64,000 nt of DNA, from IMG/VR virus record IMGVR_UViG_3300037484_000235, positions 32,001-96,000 of that record. The stretch is one strand, 5' to 3'. Made by a program: the position numbers and the translations under genes. Origin of the DNA: a virus. Taxonomy: Duplodnaviria; Caudoviricetes. The notes beneath the pieces were generated by a model. The model was given only the letters and a program-made list of their open reading frames with translations, was not told the DNA's origin and ran no database searches. The stretch's first letter is position 1; every line of letters starts with the position of its first letter. Shown here piece by piece: positions 34,958 through 43,498 of the stretch.

Positions 34958-35492
34958 AGATCGTCGGAACAGTCGGTTCCGCGGATTCCTCAGCTACCAC
35001 AGGGGCGACAGCCTTGGGCGCCTTCGGTGCCTTGGGCGCCTTGGGGGCCTTCGGTGCCTTGGGGGCCTTCGGTGCCTTGGGGGCCTTCGGTGCCTTGGGG
35101 GCCTTCGGTGCCTTGGGTGCCTTGGGTGCCTTGGGTGCCTTGGGCTCCTTCGGTGCCTTCGGTGCCTTGACAGGCATCTTCGGGAGTTCCGCACGTCCCT
35201 CTGCCACATCCCATCCAAGTGAAGTCAACTTGGACTTGCGACCATCGGATACGATGACACCACGCTGACGGAGGCTGAAAAGTGCGTTGCTCATCGGGAT
35301 GAGAACCGCAGCTCTCTTGTCCTTGAGACCCATGCAATCGAGCGTGAGGTTCAGGGACGCCAGTGCGTGATTTGCGAAGTCCATGAACTGGTGCCAGGAA
35401 TCCCTGTCGGCCTTGCCGAGTTCGGCTAGGGAGGCGTAGATTGGCTTGATGAGATCGCCCTGCGAAACCGTCTTTGTCGTTGTATTCGTCAT
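34956..35492 (-). CDS. winged-helix protein with histone-H1-like (KAP)n tail
   Basis: shares DCMGLKDKR.AVLIPMSNA with 33989-34876; about 17 K[A/E]P units. Confidence 0.75.
   Translation of the reverse strand: MTNTTTKTVSQGDLIKPIYASLAELGKADRDSWHQFMDFANHALASLNLTLDCMGLKDKRAAVLIPMSNALFSLRQRGVIVSDGRKSKLTSLGWDVAEGRAELPKMPVKAPKAPKEPKAPKAPKAPKAPKAPKAPKAPKAPKAPKAPKAPKAPKAPKAPKAVAPVVAEESAEPTVPTI
35011..35168 (-). repeat. 9-bp coding tandem repeat (18 units, higher-order 18-bp unit)
   Basis: GCCTT/TCCTT recurs every 9 bp from 35011 to 35164. Confidence 0.95.
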
Positions 35493-35555
35493 GATATTTC
35501 TCCGGATCTGAACACGAACTGTTTGGTGTTTACTGCATTGATTATGACAGGCCGC

Positions 35556-36743
35556 TCACCAACCATCGGTTAGTGGTCTGTCAGAAATGTGAGAGGTGTC
35601 CCCCTCATTGACCAGGCCCCCCTTGATATGTGGGTCCATGATCCTCTTGACGTTCTCCCTAGTGTCAGCATCTGGCATTCCGTCGAGAACGACCCGGGCG
35701 GCACGTTTGAGAAGTACCTCAAGCGCTACTGTACGTGGTAGGATCTCCAGAAGATCCTCAGCCGCACTTGCCCACGAGCAGACTGTACGGTGGCTCCACT
35801 CACAGTAGACTTCTTCCTTCTCTACACCTTCACGTACTGCAAATGTAGCACGCATCATAGTGCTGATTGCATTCGGAGCACGTTCCGCGAGCAGGGGGAA
35901 CTTTGCTTTCGCGATTGGCTCTTCGTCACGTAGATCCATTGAGTGGAACTGAATCTTACGCTCGAAGCGATCCAAAATGGATGCATCAATTGGATTTGAT
36001 GAGATGCATCGTCCCGTAGTGTCTCCGGCACCCGATGAATTTGCGGTGGCTACGATGGTTGTACCAGGAAACACCGGATAGATTTCACCGGTTGGCCCGC
36101 TGATGCGACCCTGGATTGAATCCAGTATCTGACGAAGCTCCTCCGCTTGTTGGCGTGTGGCCCGATCAAAATCTGAGAGGATAATCAGGTAAGGTACGCG
36201 CCTTCCACTACCGGTCAAGTAACCGTCTCGGAGAGCCTTGAGAAGAACTCCCTCTTCCCACTTCGTTCCTTGGGCGTCAAAGCTTCGTGTGAACTTCCAG
36301 GATTGGAGATCAGCACCCTGGACGACAGAAAAGAGAAGCGAGGGACGCCTGGTCATAGCACAGAGTGCCGACACGGCTGCGTCTTTGCCAACTCCAGGGG
36401 CGCCCCACACCCAAATCGAACGGCATTTCTTGACTGCTACAGCTACGTCCTGTACATCCCTGGCGAGAGGGCCGTGGGTTGGAACAGTGTAATGTGCTGG
36501 CATTGGCAAACAGGCGGATGCAGGAACCTCTATGTCAACTGGAAATGTCACCCCCGCGAACTTCAGAGAGAGCCCCTCTACAGTAGCTTCTTTCCGCTTC
36601 CCTGTGGTGGCCTCCGGGTACTGCACTAGGTACCCATCGAGTGACAGATCGTGTTCGTTGACGAGGTGATCCCCAAGCCAATGGGCTTCTATGCCACAGA
36701 TACGGCACTTGGCGAGACCAGATTGGGTAGCGATCATGTTCAT
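35556..36743 (-). CDS. CobS-like/MoxR-family AAA+ ATPase with N-terminal C2H2 Zn finger
   Basis: CRIC..H..EH; Walker A GAPGVGKD; ATAN..G.GD; LDRF; start may be TTG at 36770. Confidence 0.85.
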   Translation of the reverse strand: MNMIATQSGLAKCRICGIEAHWLGDHLVNEHDLSLDGYLVQYPEATTGKRKEATVEGLSLKFAGVTFPVDIEVPASACLPMPAHYTVPTHGPLARDVQDVAVAVKKCRSIWVWGAPGVGKDAAVSALCAMTRRPSLLFSVVQGADLQSWKFTRSFDAQGTKWEEGVLLKALRDGYLTGSGRRVPYLIILSDFDRATRQQAEELRQILDSIQGRISGPTGEIYPVFPGTTIVATANSSGAGDTTGRCISSNPIDASILDRFERKIQFHSMDLRDEEPIAKAKFPLLAERAPNAISTMMRATFAVREGVEKEEVYCEWSHRTVCSWASAAEDLLEILPRTVALEVLLKRAARVVLDGMPDADTRENVKRIMDPHIKGGLVNEGDTSHISDRPLTDGW

Positions 36744-36797
36744 TTGAGGACTAGATTGAGCGGCAGCCAATCACTGATTGATTCCTTACGCTTTCCA

Positions 36798-36827
36798 AAC
36801 GAACGAGGCGACTCATCTTACACGTTA
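36798..36827 (-). promoter_or_regulatory. promoter TAACGTGTAA-N16-CGTT driving AAA+ gene
   Basis: motif read directly. Confidence 0.7.
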
Positions 36828-36919
36828 TGGGCAATCTTTCTCATAACCAATCGAAATTGCTGCATATTTTATTTCAACACACAGCTACCAATTGGGGACA
36901 GTACCCGGTAGGATTGCTG

Positions 36920-36949
36920 GATCGTGAAAAACTACTTTACCCAAACGTT
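36920..36949 (+). promoter_or_regulatory. promoter GATCGTGAAA-N16-CGTT driving vWA gene
   Basis: motif read directly; AAGGAG RBS follows. Confidence 0.7.
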
Positions 36950-36969
36950 GGGTGTGTAAGAAGGAGAAG

Positions 36970-39042
36970 ATGACCTCTACTACAGGTAAGGACATGATGG
37001 CAGGTTCGATTTCAGGGGCACGGGTGCGCTCGGGTCATCGGGCAAGCCTGTTTGGGATCTTGGGCAGAAAGATGATCCCCATCCACAGCAGTGGAACCGG
37101 ATTCATGATGCGGGGGCACTTCCCGTTCCGCCAGGTGCTCCAGAAGATAGTTGCGCACTCTAAAATCTCGGTTGACCCCCCCACTGATCTTATCTTCCGC
37201 AAGTGGGCCAGTCAAATCTCCAAGGACTCGAAGGTCAAACCGAGTATCCAAATCGCAGAGACAGGGGACCTGCTCACACGTCGTGAGTACATGGCACTGA
37301 TCGGAGGAGCGAATCATGAGGGGTGGCATCATCTCTACACTGCTCAGGGACCTGTGACAGGGGAAGAGTTGTCTCAATCTATCCTACCTGGCTATAGGGT
37401 CGGTGTACCGTACCACTTGTACCCCGATCTGTTGAGTGCATCCCAAAATGTCTTTGAGGACATCCACATTGAAAGGATTGGATGCGCGGAGTTTCCTGGT
37501 GCCTACACGAAGATGGCGGATCTGGCAGATTTCATTCTGGACCAGGAATCCAAAGCTCTCAAATCGAATCCTGAAACGAAAGAGTCTGCGGCTGGTACTG
37601 CGTTGTGTTTGATCCGTGAAGTTGGTTTCGGCTACAACACGGTGAAAACCAGAGCAGCGATGGATCACTATCGCTCGACGCACCCGGAAATCGTTGATCT
37701 TGTACTCAACGGTGCACTTTCGCCAGTCCTACGTGAGGCCATTCCGGATGTGTCCACACCGGCTGCAATCCTTCAAGCCAAAGAAAACAAGGGATTGTCT
37801 ACAACTCTTGCCCTTCGGTTTATTGCGCTGCTTCACGAACTGGTCGTGGCCCCACCTACCCCACCTGAACCGGAAAATCAAGGGGAGACACAACAGAACG
37901 ATCCAGAACAGGATCCAGAACAGGATGATCTGAAAGATCCGGAATCGAGTAATGGAGACCCGGTAGACCTCAGCAAGGAAGAAAGACCTGGAGGCACCTC
38001 CCCGGACGGTTCTGGTGAGGCTGCGGCGGCGATTCTCCAGTCTATACCCGATGGCGTGTTAGATTATGCGAGTGCTCTAGAGCAGGCTGTCTCAAATGCA
38101 CTCAAAGCGGAGGACAAGACCCAGGAAGCTGGCGAGATGCCCTACCGACCCTACACCACAACTCAAGATCAGACACTCAAACCTACGGAAAATGAGCCTG
38201 AAGCTCGTCTTCTAATCAAGAAGGTCATTGCCGGAACCAAGAGGGAGACATCGTTCCTTCGATCCAAGCTTCGACTCATGTTTCGTGCACTAGAGGATGG
38301 TGCCAGGTTCCATGGTGTTCGAAAAGGGACTGGGCTCTCTGAACGATTTCTGGTGGACACATTGGCTTCAATCCAAGATGGAAAGGACCCCTCTCGGGCT
38401 TTCTACGAGGACTCCACGTCGATGGACACATCGATAGCTGTTTGCATCGTAGTGGATGAGAGTTCCTCAATGTCTAGAAAGCTCAAAGACACAAGCGCAA
38501 TCCTCTACACCCTGTGTCAGTCCCTAGATTCGATTGAGGCTAACTTCTCTGTAGTGGGATTCCGTGACAGAGATATTGGCTATGTTCAGGGGGCGAAGAC
38601 CAATGTCGTTTACCACCGTCACGGTCCTATCACATACGACATTTTCAAGAGTTTTGAAGAAAAGTTCCGTAGCGTTTCATGGCGACTTGGGAACATCAAA
38701 GCAACCGGAGGCACTCCAATGGCCGATGGTATCGAGTTCGCCCTCAACGCTCTTTCAACACGACGGGAGGGGCACCGAATCCTTTTTGTAGTCACTGACG
38801 GTCAACCAAATCCAAACCACAGGCCAATCATTAAGGGTCAAATTCGCCGCGCCCAAGCGGCTGGTATTCTTGTCATCGGTGTGGGACTTGGAAAAGACGC
38901 CAGGTACGTTCAAACAACCTTCCCAGACAACGTGTGGGCCATGACCCTATCGAGTATCCCTGCTCTCCTTGTTGCCAAACTTCACGAAATGGTCAGAAAG
39001 ATTGGTACCTCTAAGCGAGGGATTCGAGTCAAGTCTGTCTGA
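36970..39042 (+). CDS. CobT-like vWA protein (HExxH N-term, acidic linker, MIDAS)
   Basis: NHEGWHH; VVDESSSM; GGTP; VVTDGQP; VIGVGLG. Confidence 0.85.
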   Translation: MTSTTGKDMMAGSISGARVRSGHRASLFGILGRKMIPIHSSGTGFMMRGHFPFRQVLQKIVAHSKISVDPPTDLIFRKWASQISKDSKVKPSIQIAETGDLLTRREYMALIGGANHEGWHHLYTAQGPVTGEELSQSILPGYRVGVPYHLYPDLLSASQNVFEDIHIERIGCAEFPGAYTKMADLADFILDQESKALKSNPETKESAAGTALCLIREVGFGYNTVKTRAAMDHYRSTHPEIVDLVLNGALSPVLREAIPDVSTPAAILQAKENKGLSTTLALRFIALLHELVVAPPTPPEPENQGETQQNDPEQDPEQDDLKDPESSNGDPVDLSKEERPGGTSPDGSGEAAAAILQSIPDGVLDYASALEQAVSNALKAEDKTQEAGEMPYRPYTTTQDQTLKPTENEPEARLLIKKVIAGTKRETSFLRSKLRLMFRALEDGARFHGVRKGTGLSERFLVDTLASIQDGKDPSRAFYEDSTSMDTSIAVCIVVDESSSMSRKLKDTSAILYTLCQSLDSIEANFSVVGFRDRDIGYVQGAKTNVVYHRHGPITYDIFKSFEEKFRSVSWRLGNIKATGGTPMADGIEFALNALSTRREGHRILFVVTDGQPNPNHRPIIKGQIRRAQAAGILVIGVGLGKDARYVQTTFPDNVWAMTLSSIPALLVAKLHEMVRKIGTSKRGIRVKSV

Positions 39043-39046
39043 GCAC

Positions 39047-39553
39047 GTGGTAGAGTCCAGGGTGCGTGCATGTCCCGATTGCGGTCTTTCCTACCAAGAC
39101 CCAAAAACAGTCTCCGAGAAGAACGCTCCGTTCGTATGCCCTGCATGTCTACGAAAGGCCGCACCGCGCCCCCCTGGGGGTTGGCCCATCGAACCCAGAT
39201 GGGTGAATGATTCCCGAGGAAGGGGCGTATTTGCCTCCCGTGACATCCTCAAGGGGGAAACGGTCGAACGCTGTTGGGTGATGCCACTCCCGGTCGAAGA
39301 GTCCAAGATGACTCTCACCATTCCCACAATCAATCGCTATCTGTTTCCATGGTCGGATGGTCAGCGAGCAATGCTTTCGGGTGAGGGACTACTCTACAAC
39401 TTTGACTCATTGGAGGCCACCAGACGCCAGCCCAACATGGAGTGTGTCCTGCGCAGAGGGATTGCCGCCATCGAGTTCCGGGCGATTCGGGACATCCGAG
39501 AAAACGAAGAGTTGACTTGGAATTACAAACGGGCGGTGTCTCGCAGGGAGTAA
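39047..39553 (+). CDS. SET-domain lysine methyltransferase with N-terminal Zn ribbon
   Basis: CPDC..CPAC; GRGVFASRDI; AIRDIRENEELTWNY; probable GTG start. Confidence 0.85.
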   Translation: MVESRVRACPDCGLSYQDPKTVSEKNAPFVCPACLRKAAPRPPGGWPIEPRWVNDSRGRGVFASRDILKGETVERCWVMPLPVEESKMTLTIPTINRYLFPWSDGQRAMLSGEGLLYNFDSLEATRRQPNMECVLRRGIAAIEFRAIRDIRENEELTWNYKRAVSRRE

Positions 39554-39563
39554 GTCCCCTGAT

Positions 39564-40034
39564 ATGGCACCACCCATCTCCAAGTTCTCTGGGCGGTACC
39601 GATTTCTGTCCAACTTCTTCCCAGCCCCGATTGTCATGAGCTTCGTCCATGAGGGCAAGAGATACAGATTCCTCATGCCCACCGTCGAGAATGCTTTTCA
39701 GGCTGCAAAGGTGGACACTCACATCATTGGACGTGTGGCTCGCATCCGGGCCTTTGTGGACCTCACGGCTGGGGAGGCAAAGAGGGCCGGTCGAAAAGTT
39801 GCCCTCCGATCTGATTGGGAGGGGATCAAATTATCAATCATGCACGCTCTTCTGGTCCAGAAGTTCTCCCATGCGGATCTTCGGGCCAGGCTCCTTGCAA
39901 CGGGGGACACTGAGCTGATCGAGGGAAATACTTGGGGGGATACTTGGTGGGGTGTTGATTTGCGAACAGGTGAAGGCGAAAATCATCTTGGGAAGACGCT
40001 AATGCGGGTTCGAGCCGAGATTCAGAGCGCCTAA
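39564..40034 (+). CDS. NADAR (YbiA-like) N-glycosidase / ADP-ribosylhydrolase
   Basis: FLSNF, TVENAFQAAK, QKF, LIEGNTWGDTWWGV, GENHLGK.LM.VR. Confidence 0.9.
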   Translation: MAPPISKFSGRYRFLSNFFPAPIVMSFVHEGKRYRFLMPTVENAFQAAKVDTHIIGRVARIRAFVDLTAGEAKRAGRKVALRSDWEGIKLSIMHALLVQKFSHADLRARLLATGDTELIEGNTWGDTWWGVDLRTGEGENHLGKTLMRVRAEIQSA

Positions 40035-40057
40035 TCCATCTATTGGCCCCTAGAAGC

Positions 40058-40744
40058 ATGTCGAACCTTCGTTCTGGCCTCATCCGCCTCGCTCATAGCA
40101 AGCCAGAGTTTCGGCCTGCGATCCTGCCTCTGCTCAAGGAAGCCGGTTGTGAGAAACTCCCCGAAGGGGGTATGAGGGACAATTGCGAAAAGAAGGTCGA
40201 AGAGGGCAAGAAGGCATCCTCCTACCTCACTGAAGAGCAGTTTCGAGACAACAACCACACGCGCAACATGCGTTATCTAAACACGGCTCTTAAAGCGTTG
40301 TTGACGATTTCACGTTCTGTGAAATCCATTTACACCTCGGATGAGGGGGCACAACCGACGCGAGAGCAGTCGGCAGAGATGCTGATGACGGCTCAAGCCA
40401 TTGCGCTCAATGCTGGGGACATCGTCAAACTGGTGGGGCGTTCATCACGGACCACTAGAAGTAGGTCTTTCACCGCGAGTGCACGCCAAGAACTATTGTC
40501 CAAAACAGCCGCTTCGGAGATCCCTTTTTCGGAACTCCCAGAGCCTCAGATGGAACTCGTGAAGATCGTAGATCTGTCCCCGGTTACCATTTGGGATGGA
40601 GTCCACGGGTACATTGTGTCGTTCAAGAGCAGCTCACAAAGTGGGGCTCGGTTAGAGCGGGACACGCTCAAGAAGATTGTCGACCACAAGGACTTCCGTT
40701 GGATCTCCCCCTCTGGTAGGGGTAGCTTCTACATCGGGATGTGA
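40058..40744 (+). CDS. putative virion-internal protein with LRSxLIRLAH leader
   Basis: MSNLRSGLIRLAHSKPEFRPAILPLLKEAG; KxA junctions. Confidence 0.65.
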   Translation: MSNLRSGLIRLAHSKPEFRPAILPLLKEAGCEKLPEGGMRDNCEKKVEEGKKASSYLTEEQFRDNNHTRNMRYLNTALKALLTISRSVKSIYTSDEGAQPTREQSAEMLMTAQAIALNAGDIVKLVGRSSRTTRSRSFTASARQELLSKTAASEIPFSELPEPQMELVKIVDLSPVTIWDGVHGYIVSFKSSSQSGARLERDTLKKIVDHKDFRWISPSGRGSFYIGM

Positions 40745-41217
40745 GGACACCAATCATGGAACCCAAGAGTCAATCCAATCAGTCAAGTCTTGCTCAGCTA
40801 CTTGCCGTTCTCAGGGCAATCCACTGGAGTCATTGGACGGCTCACTGGCAAGTCAAGGGGACACCATCGTATAGCGATCACATCCTCTTCGATAGCCTAT
40901 ACACGGGGATCCCGGCTGAGATAGATGCTCTGGCCGAGAAGATGGTTGCCTATTTTGGCGCGGAGGCAGTTGCACCAATACCCAGCATGGCCCTCTCGCA
41001 GCAATTCCTTGCGACCCATAGCAGTGAGCCCAACGTGTACCGGCGCGCGTTGAAGATGGAACTCCAACTTCAACGGACGCTTAAGCAGGTATACGAGTCA
41101 ATTGAAGACTCCAATGAAATGAGCCTTGGGCTTGACGACTTTCTCATGGCTGTTTCAAACACCCATGAGACCTCAATCTATCTCCTCCGCCAGAGGTTGC
41201 GACCGTCAGCCGTCTGA
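40741..41217 (+). CDS. Dps/ferritin-like four-helix protein
   Basis: HW..HW.VKG, DH.LFD.LY, ID.LAEK. Confidence 0.8.
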   Translation: MRTPIMEPKSQSNQSSLAQLLAVLRAIHWSHWTAHWQVKGTPSYSDHILFDSLYTGIPAEIDALAEKMVAYFGAEAVAPIPSMALSQQFLATHSSEPNVYRRALKMELQLQRTLKQVYESIEDSNEMSLGLDDFLMAVSNTHETSIYLLRQRLRPSAV

Positions 41218-41859
41218 GTCCGGAGTAGATTCTTCCGCAGGACCGTTGATACCAGACATCTGCGATGCAGTGTCAGCGAGTGCTCTGGGTAGTAACTCCC
41301 CGTACTGCTCAACGGGGAGCAAGAACTTGCCGTCCTTTGTCTTCCCTGAGGCATCAAGTCCCTTGAGGAATTCCCCCATGACCGTGTAGAGGAAGTGCCA
41401 GACCTCGGGATTGCCCTGGGCGACAGGGTCCCCCTTCGCTGCCCAGACGAACTTCTTGGCGCGATTGACCAAGGCGAACATCTCCCGGGGCTTCAGGGAA
41501 CACCACAGGATGGTTCGGGTGCCCGAGGGGGATAGCTGATTCGTCGTGGCATCAAGGTGTGCTTCCAGCACGCGCTTGAAGAGTGCGGTGCGGGTGACGG
41601 TCTTCCCCTCATAGATCTCCGGGAACGCAGGGCTCCACACCCCCTGCTCGTAGGAGGACAGGAGGAAGTTCGATCCGTGAATCAGCCAGAACTCGTAGCC
41701 CGTCTGCGGATTCAAGGTGAAGTGTTCCAGGGAGTGCTTCTTCTTCTCCCGAAACTTGGTGGCTTCGCGGGCCTTTTCGATTTGTCGGTCTTTGGACCTG
41801 GCACTTGCCTTTTTTGCTCGTGTGCCTGCCTTCTGTGCTTTGTTCTTTGACATTCCCAC
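41206..41859 (-). CDS. hypothetical protein
   Basis: 217 aa, basic N-terminus. Confidence 0.6.
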   Translation of the reverse strand: MGMSKNKAQKAGTRAKKASARSKDRQIEKAREATKFREKKKHSLEHFTLNPQTGYEFWLIHGSNFLLSSYEQGVWSPAFPEIYEGKTVTRTALFKRVLEAHLDATTNQLSPSGTRTILWCSLKPREMFALVNRAKKFVWAAKGDPVAQGNPEVWHFLYTVMGEFLKGLDASGKTKDGKFLLPVEQYGELLPRALADTASQMSGINGPAEESTPDSDG

Positions 41860-41888
41860 ACCTTACACCCGGCGTAACGTACAACGTG

Positions 41889-43466
41889 ATGAATCCTGTT
41901 CTTGATCAGCAGAGGGCGTGGGAGCTTCTTTCGAGTGGCGCCCATGAAGTTGCACGCGTCGTGTCCAAGACCTTCGGCCCTGCGGGCGGCAAGGTCATGA
42001 TAGAGAAGGCAGGGTCGGTCCTTGTAACGACTGATGGGGCCGCACTCACACGCGAGACTCAGCTTGACGGTGCGAAGAGACTGGGTGCGACCCTCATCCG
42101 ATCTGCCGCAATCAAGACCGATGAGCAAGTTGGAGATGGGACTTCCACAACGGTGATCTTGGCGGACGCTCTCATCCGGGAGATTGGAAAGAGGGCTTGT
42201 GTGCACGGCTGGGATCCGGTGTGCACGGTAGCTCAAATCCGAGAAGCTCATCTGGAGGCAGAGGGTCAGATTCAGCATATGTCCCGCCTCGCAGATCGTG
42301 AGTGTTTGGATCGGATAGCCCTCATGGCTTCCCATGAAGACCCACTCATTGCCGAGAAGGTAGTTGAGGCGGTGCTTGCAGTAGGCGAGGGCGGGTCCGT
42401 GGTGATCTCGCCCTACGAGGGGACGGGGATTGTCCTTGAGCAGAAGGCCGGACTTTATCTCAATCAAGGGTGGACCTCCTTCGATATGGCACCGGCAGAC
42501 GGATCCACCGAGCGGGAGATGGATGGGCCTCTCGTGGCCGTGTTCCGCCAAGGACTTCGACGGGTGGGTGACATTGCGACTGCGATGGAGCAAGCGAGTC
42601 AGTGGCCGGGTCGTGGTCTCGTGGTGTTTGCGCCCAGTATCCAGGGGGATGCCCTCAAGACCCTCTTGGTCAATGACAAGAAGGGCGTGCTCTCGTGTGT
42701 GGGTGTCGAGTACTCGGGGTCATCTGCGGACCTGGACGACTGGCTTGAGGACATCTCGGCAGTCACCAATTCGATGATCGTGGATACAGGGACAGGGATG
42801 TCCCCTGAGAAGTTCGAGGGGTCGTGGTTGGGTTCCGCTCGAAGAGTGACCCTGACTCGGGAACACACACTCGTCGTCTCCTACCTGGATGGGGATATTC
42901 CCCAGAAGATTGATCTGAGAGTTGCCCAGCTTCGGGCGCGAGCCGAGGTCTCCCCCTACCCCTACGAGAAGGCCAAGCTCACGGAGCGTGCTTCGGCGAT
43001 CGATGGGGGCCTCTGTACGCTGCGGATCGGTGGACTCACCAAGCAGGAGGGTCAGGACCGTCGCTCACGGGTCGAGGATGCCCTCAAGGCTGTGCAGACG
43101 TGTCTGAGGGGCGGCGTGGTTCCTGGAGCGGGCTACGCGCTGTTCAGGGCCTGTGTGTGGCTCCCTCAGACCGAGGGCGGCGTGATACTGGACAGGGCTC
43201 TCATGTCGGTCCTGGGCACGCTGGCGAGCCGGGCGGGGGCAGAGCCTCAGACCGTTTTTCGGGAGGGCATGGAGGTCACTCTGTACGATCCCGATGGGTG
43301 GTACGGGTGGGATCCACTGCTTGGGGATTGGCGAGACTTCTGGGTGACGGCCCCACGAATCGTAGACCCCACTGAAGTCGTGTTGGCAGCTCTTAGGAAT
43401 GCCGTATCCGTTGCTTGTCAGATCGCTTTGTGCGGGGTGGTCCTTGGAGTGCACCCAAAACGATAA
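41889..43466 (+). CDS. groEL: divergent GroEL-like chaperonin
   Basis: TFGPAG, TTDG, GDGTST, GGVVPGAG, IVDPTEV..AL.NA.SVA; no GGM tail. Confidence 0.85.
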   Translation: MNPVLDQQRAWELLSSGAHEVARVVSKTFGPAGGKVMIEKAGSVLVTTDGAALTRETQLDGAKRLGATLIRSAAIKTDEQVGDGTSTTVILADALIREIGKRACVHGWDPVCTVAQIREAHLEAEGQIQHMSRLADRECLDRIALMASHEDPLIAEKVVEAVLAVGEGGSVVISPYEGTGIVLEQKAGLYLNQGWTSFDMAPADGSTEREMDGPLVAVFRQGLRRVGDIATAMEQASQWPGRGLVVFAPSIQGDALKTLLVNDKKGVLSCVGVEYSGSSADLDDWLEDISAVTNSMIVDTGTGMSPEKFEGSWLGSARRVTLTREHTLVVSYLDGDIPQKIDLRVAQLRARAEVSPYPYEKAKLTERASAIDGGLCTLRIGGLTKQEGQDRRSRVEDALKAVQTCLRGGVVPGAGYALFRACVWLPQTEGGVILDRALMSVLGTLASRAGAEPQTVFREGMEVTLYDPDGWYGWDPLLGDWRDFWVTAPRIVDPTEVVLAALRNAVSVACQIALCGVVLGVHPKR

Positions 43467-43498
43467 ACACCCTATCACCTAGACAAGGTGACGGGATT

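Noticed and set aside
34933-35337. ORFs with GALGAF, PWVP, GTEGPQ or RHRRP repeats
   Set aside because: These are alternative-frame or antisense readings of the (KAP)n repeat; only 34956-35492 has a paralogue and an RBS.
35556-39042. Cobalamin biosynthesis (cobS/cobT as cobaltochelatase)
   Set aside because: No cobN or other cob genes are present; phage CobS/CobT-like pairs are generic MoxR-vWA systems, so no gene symbols were assigned.
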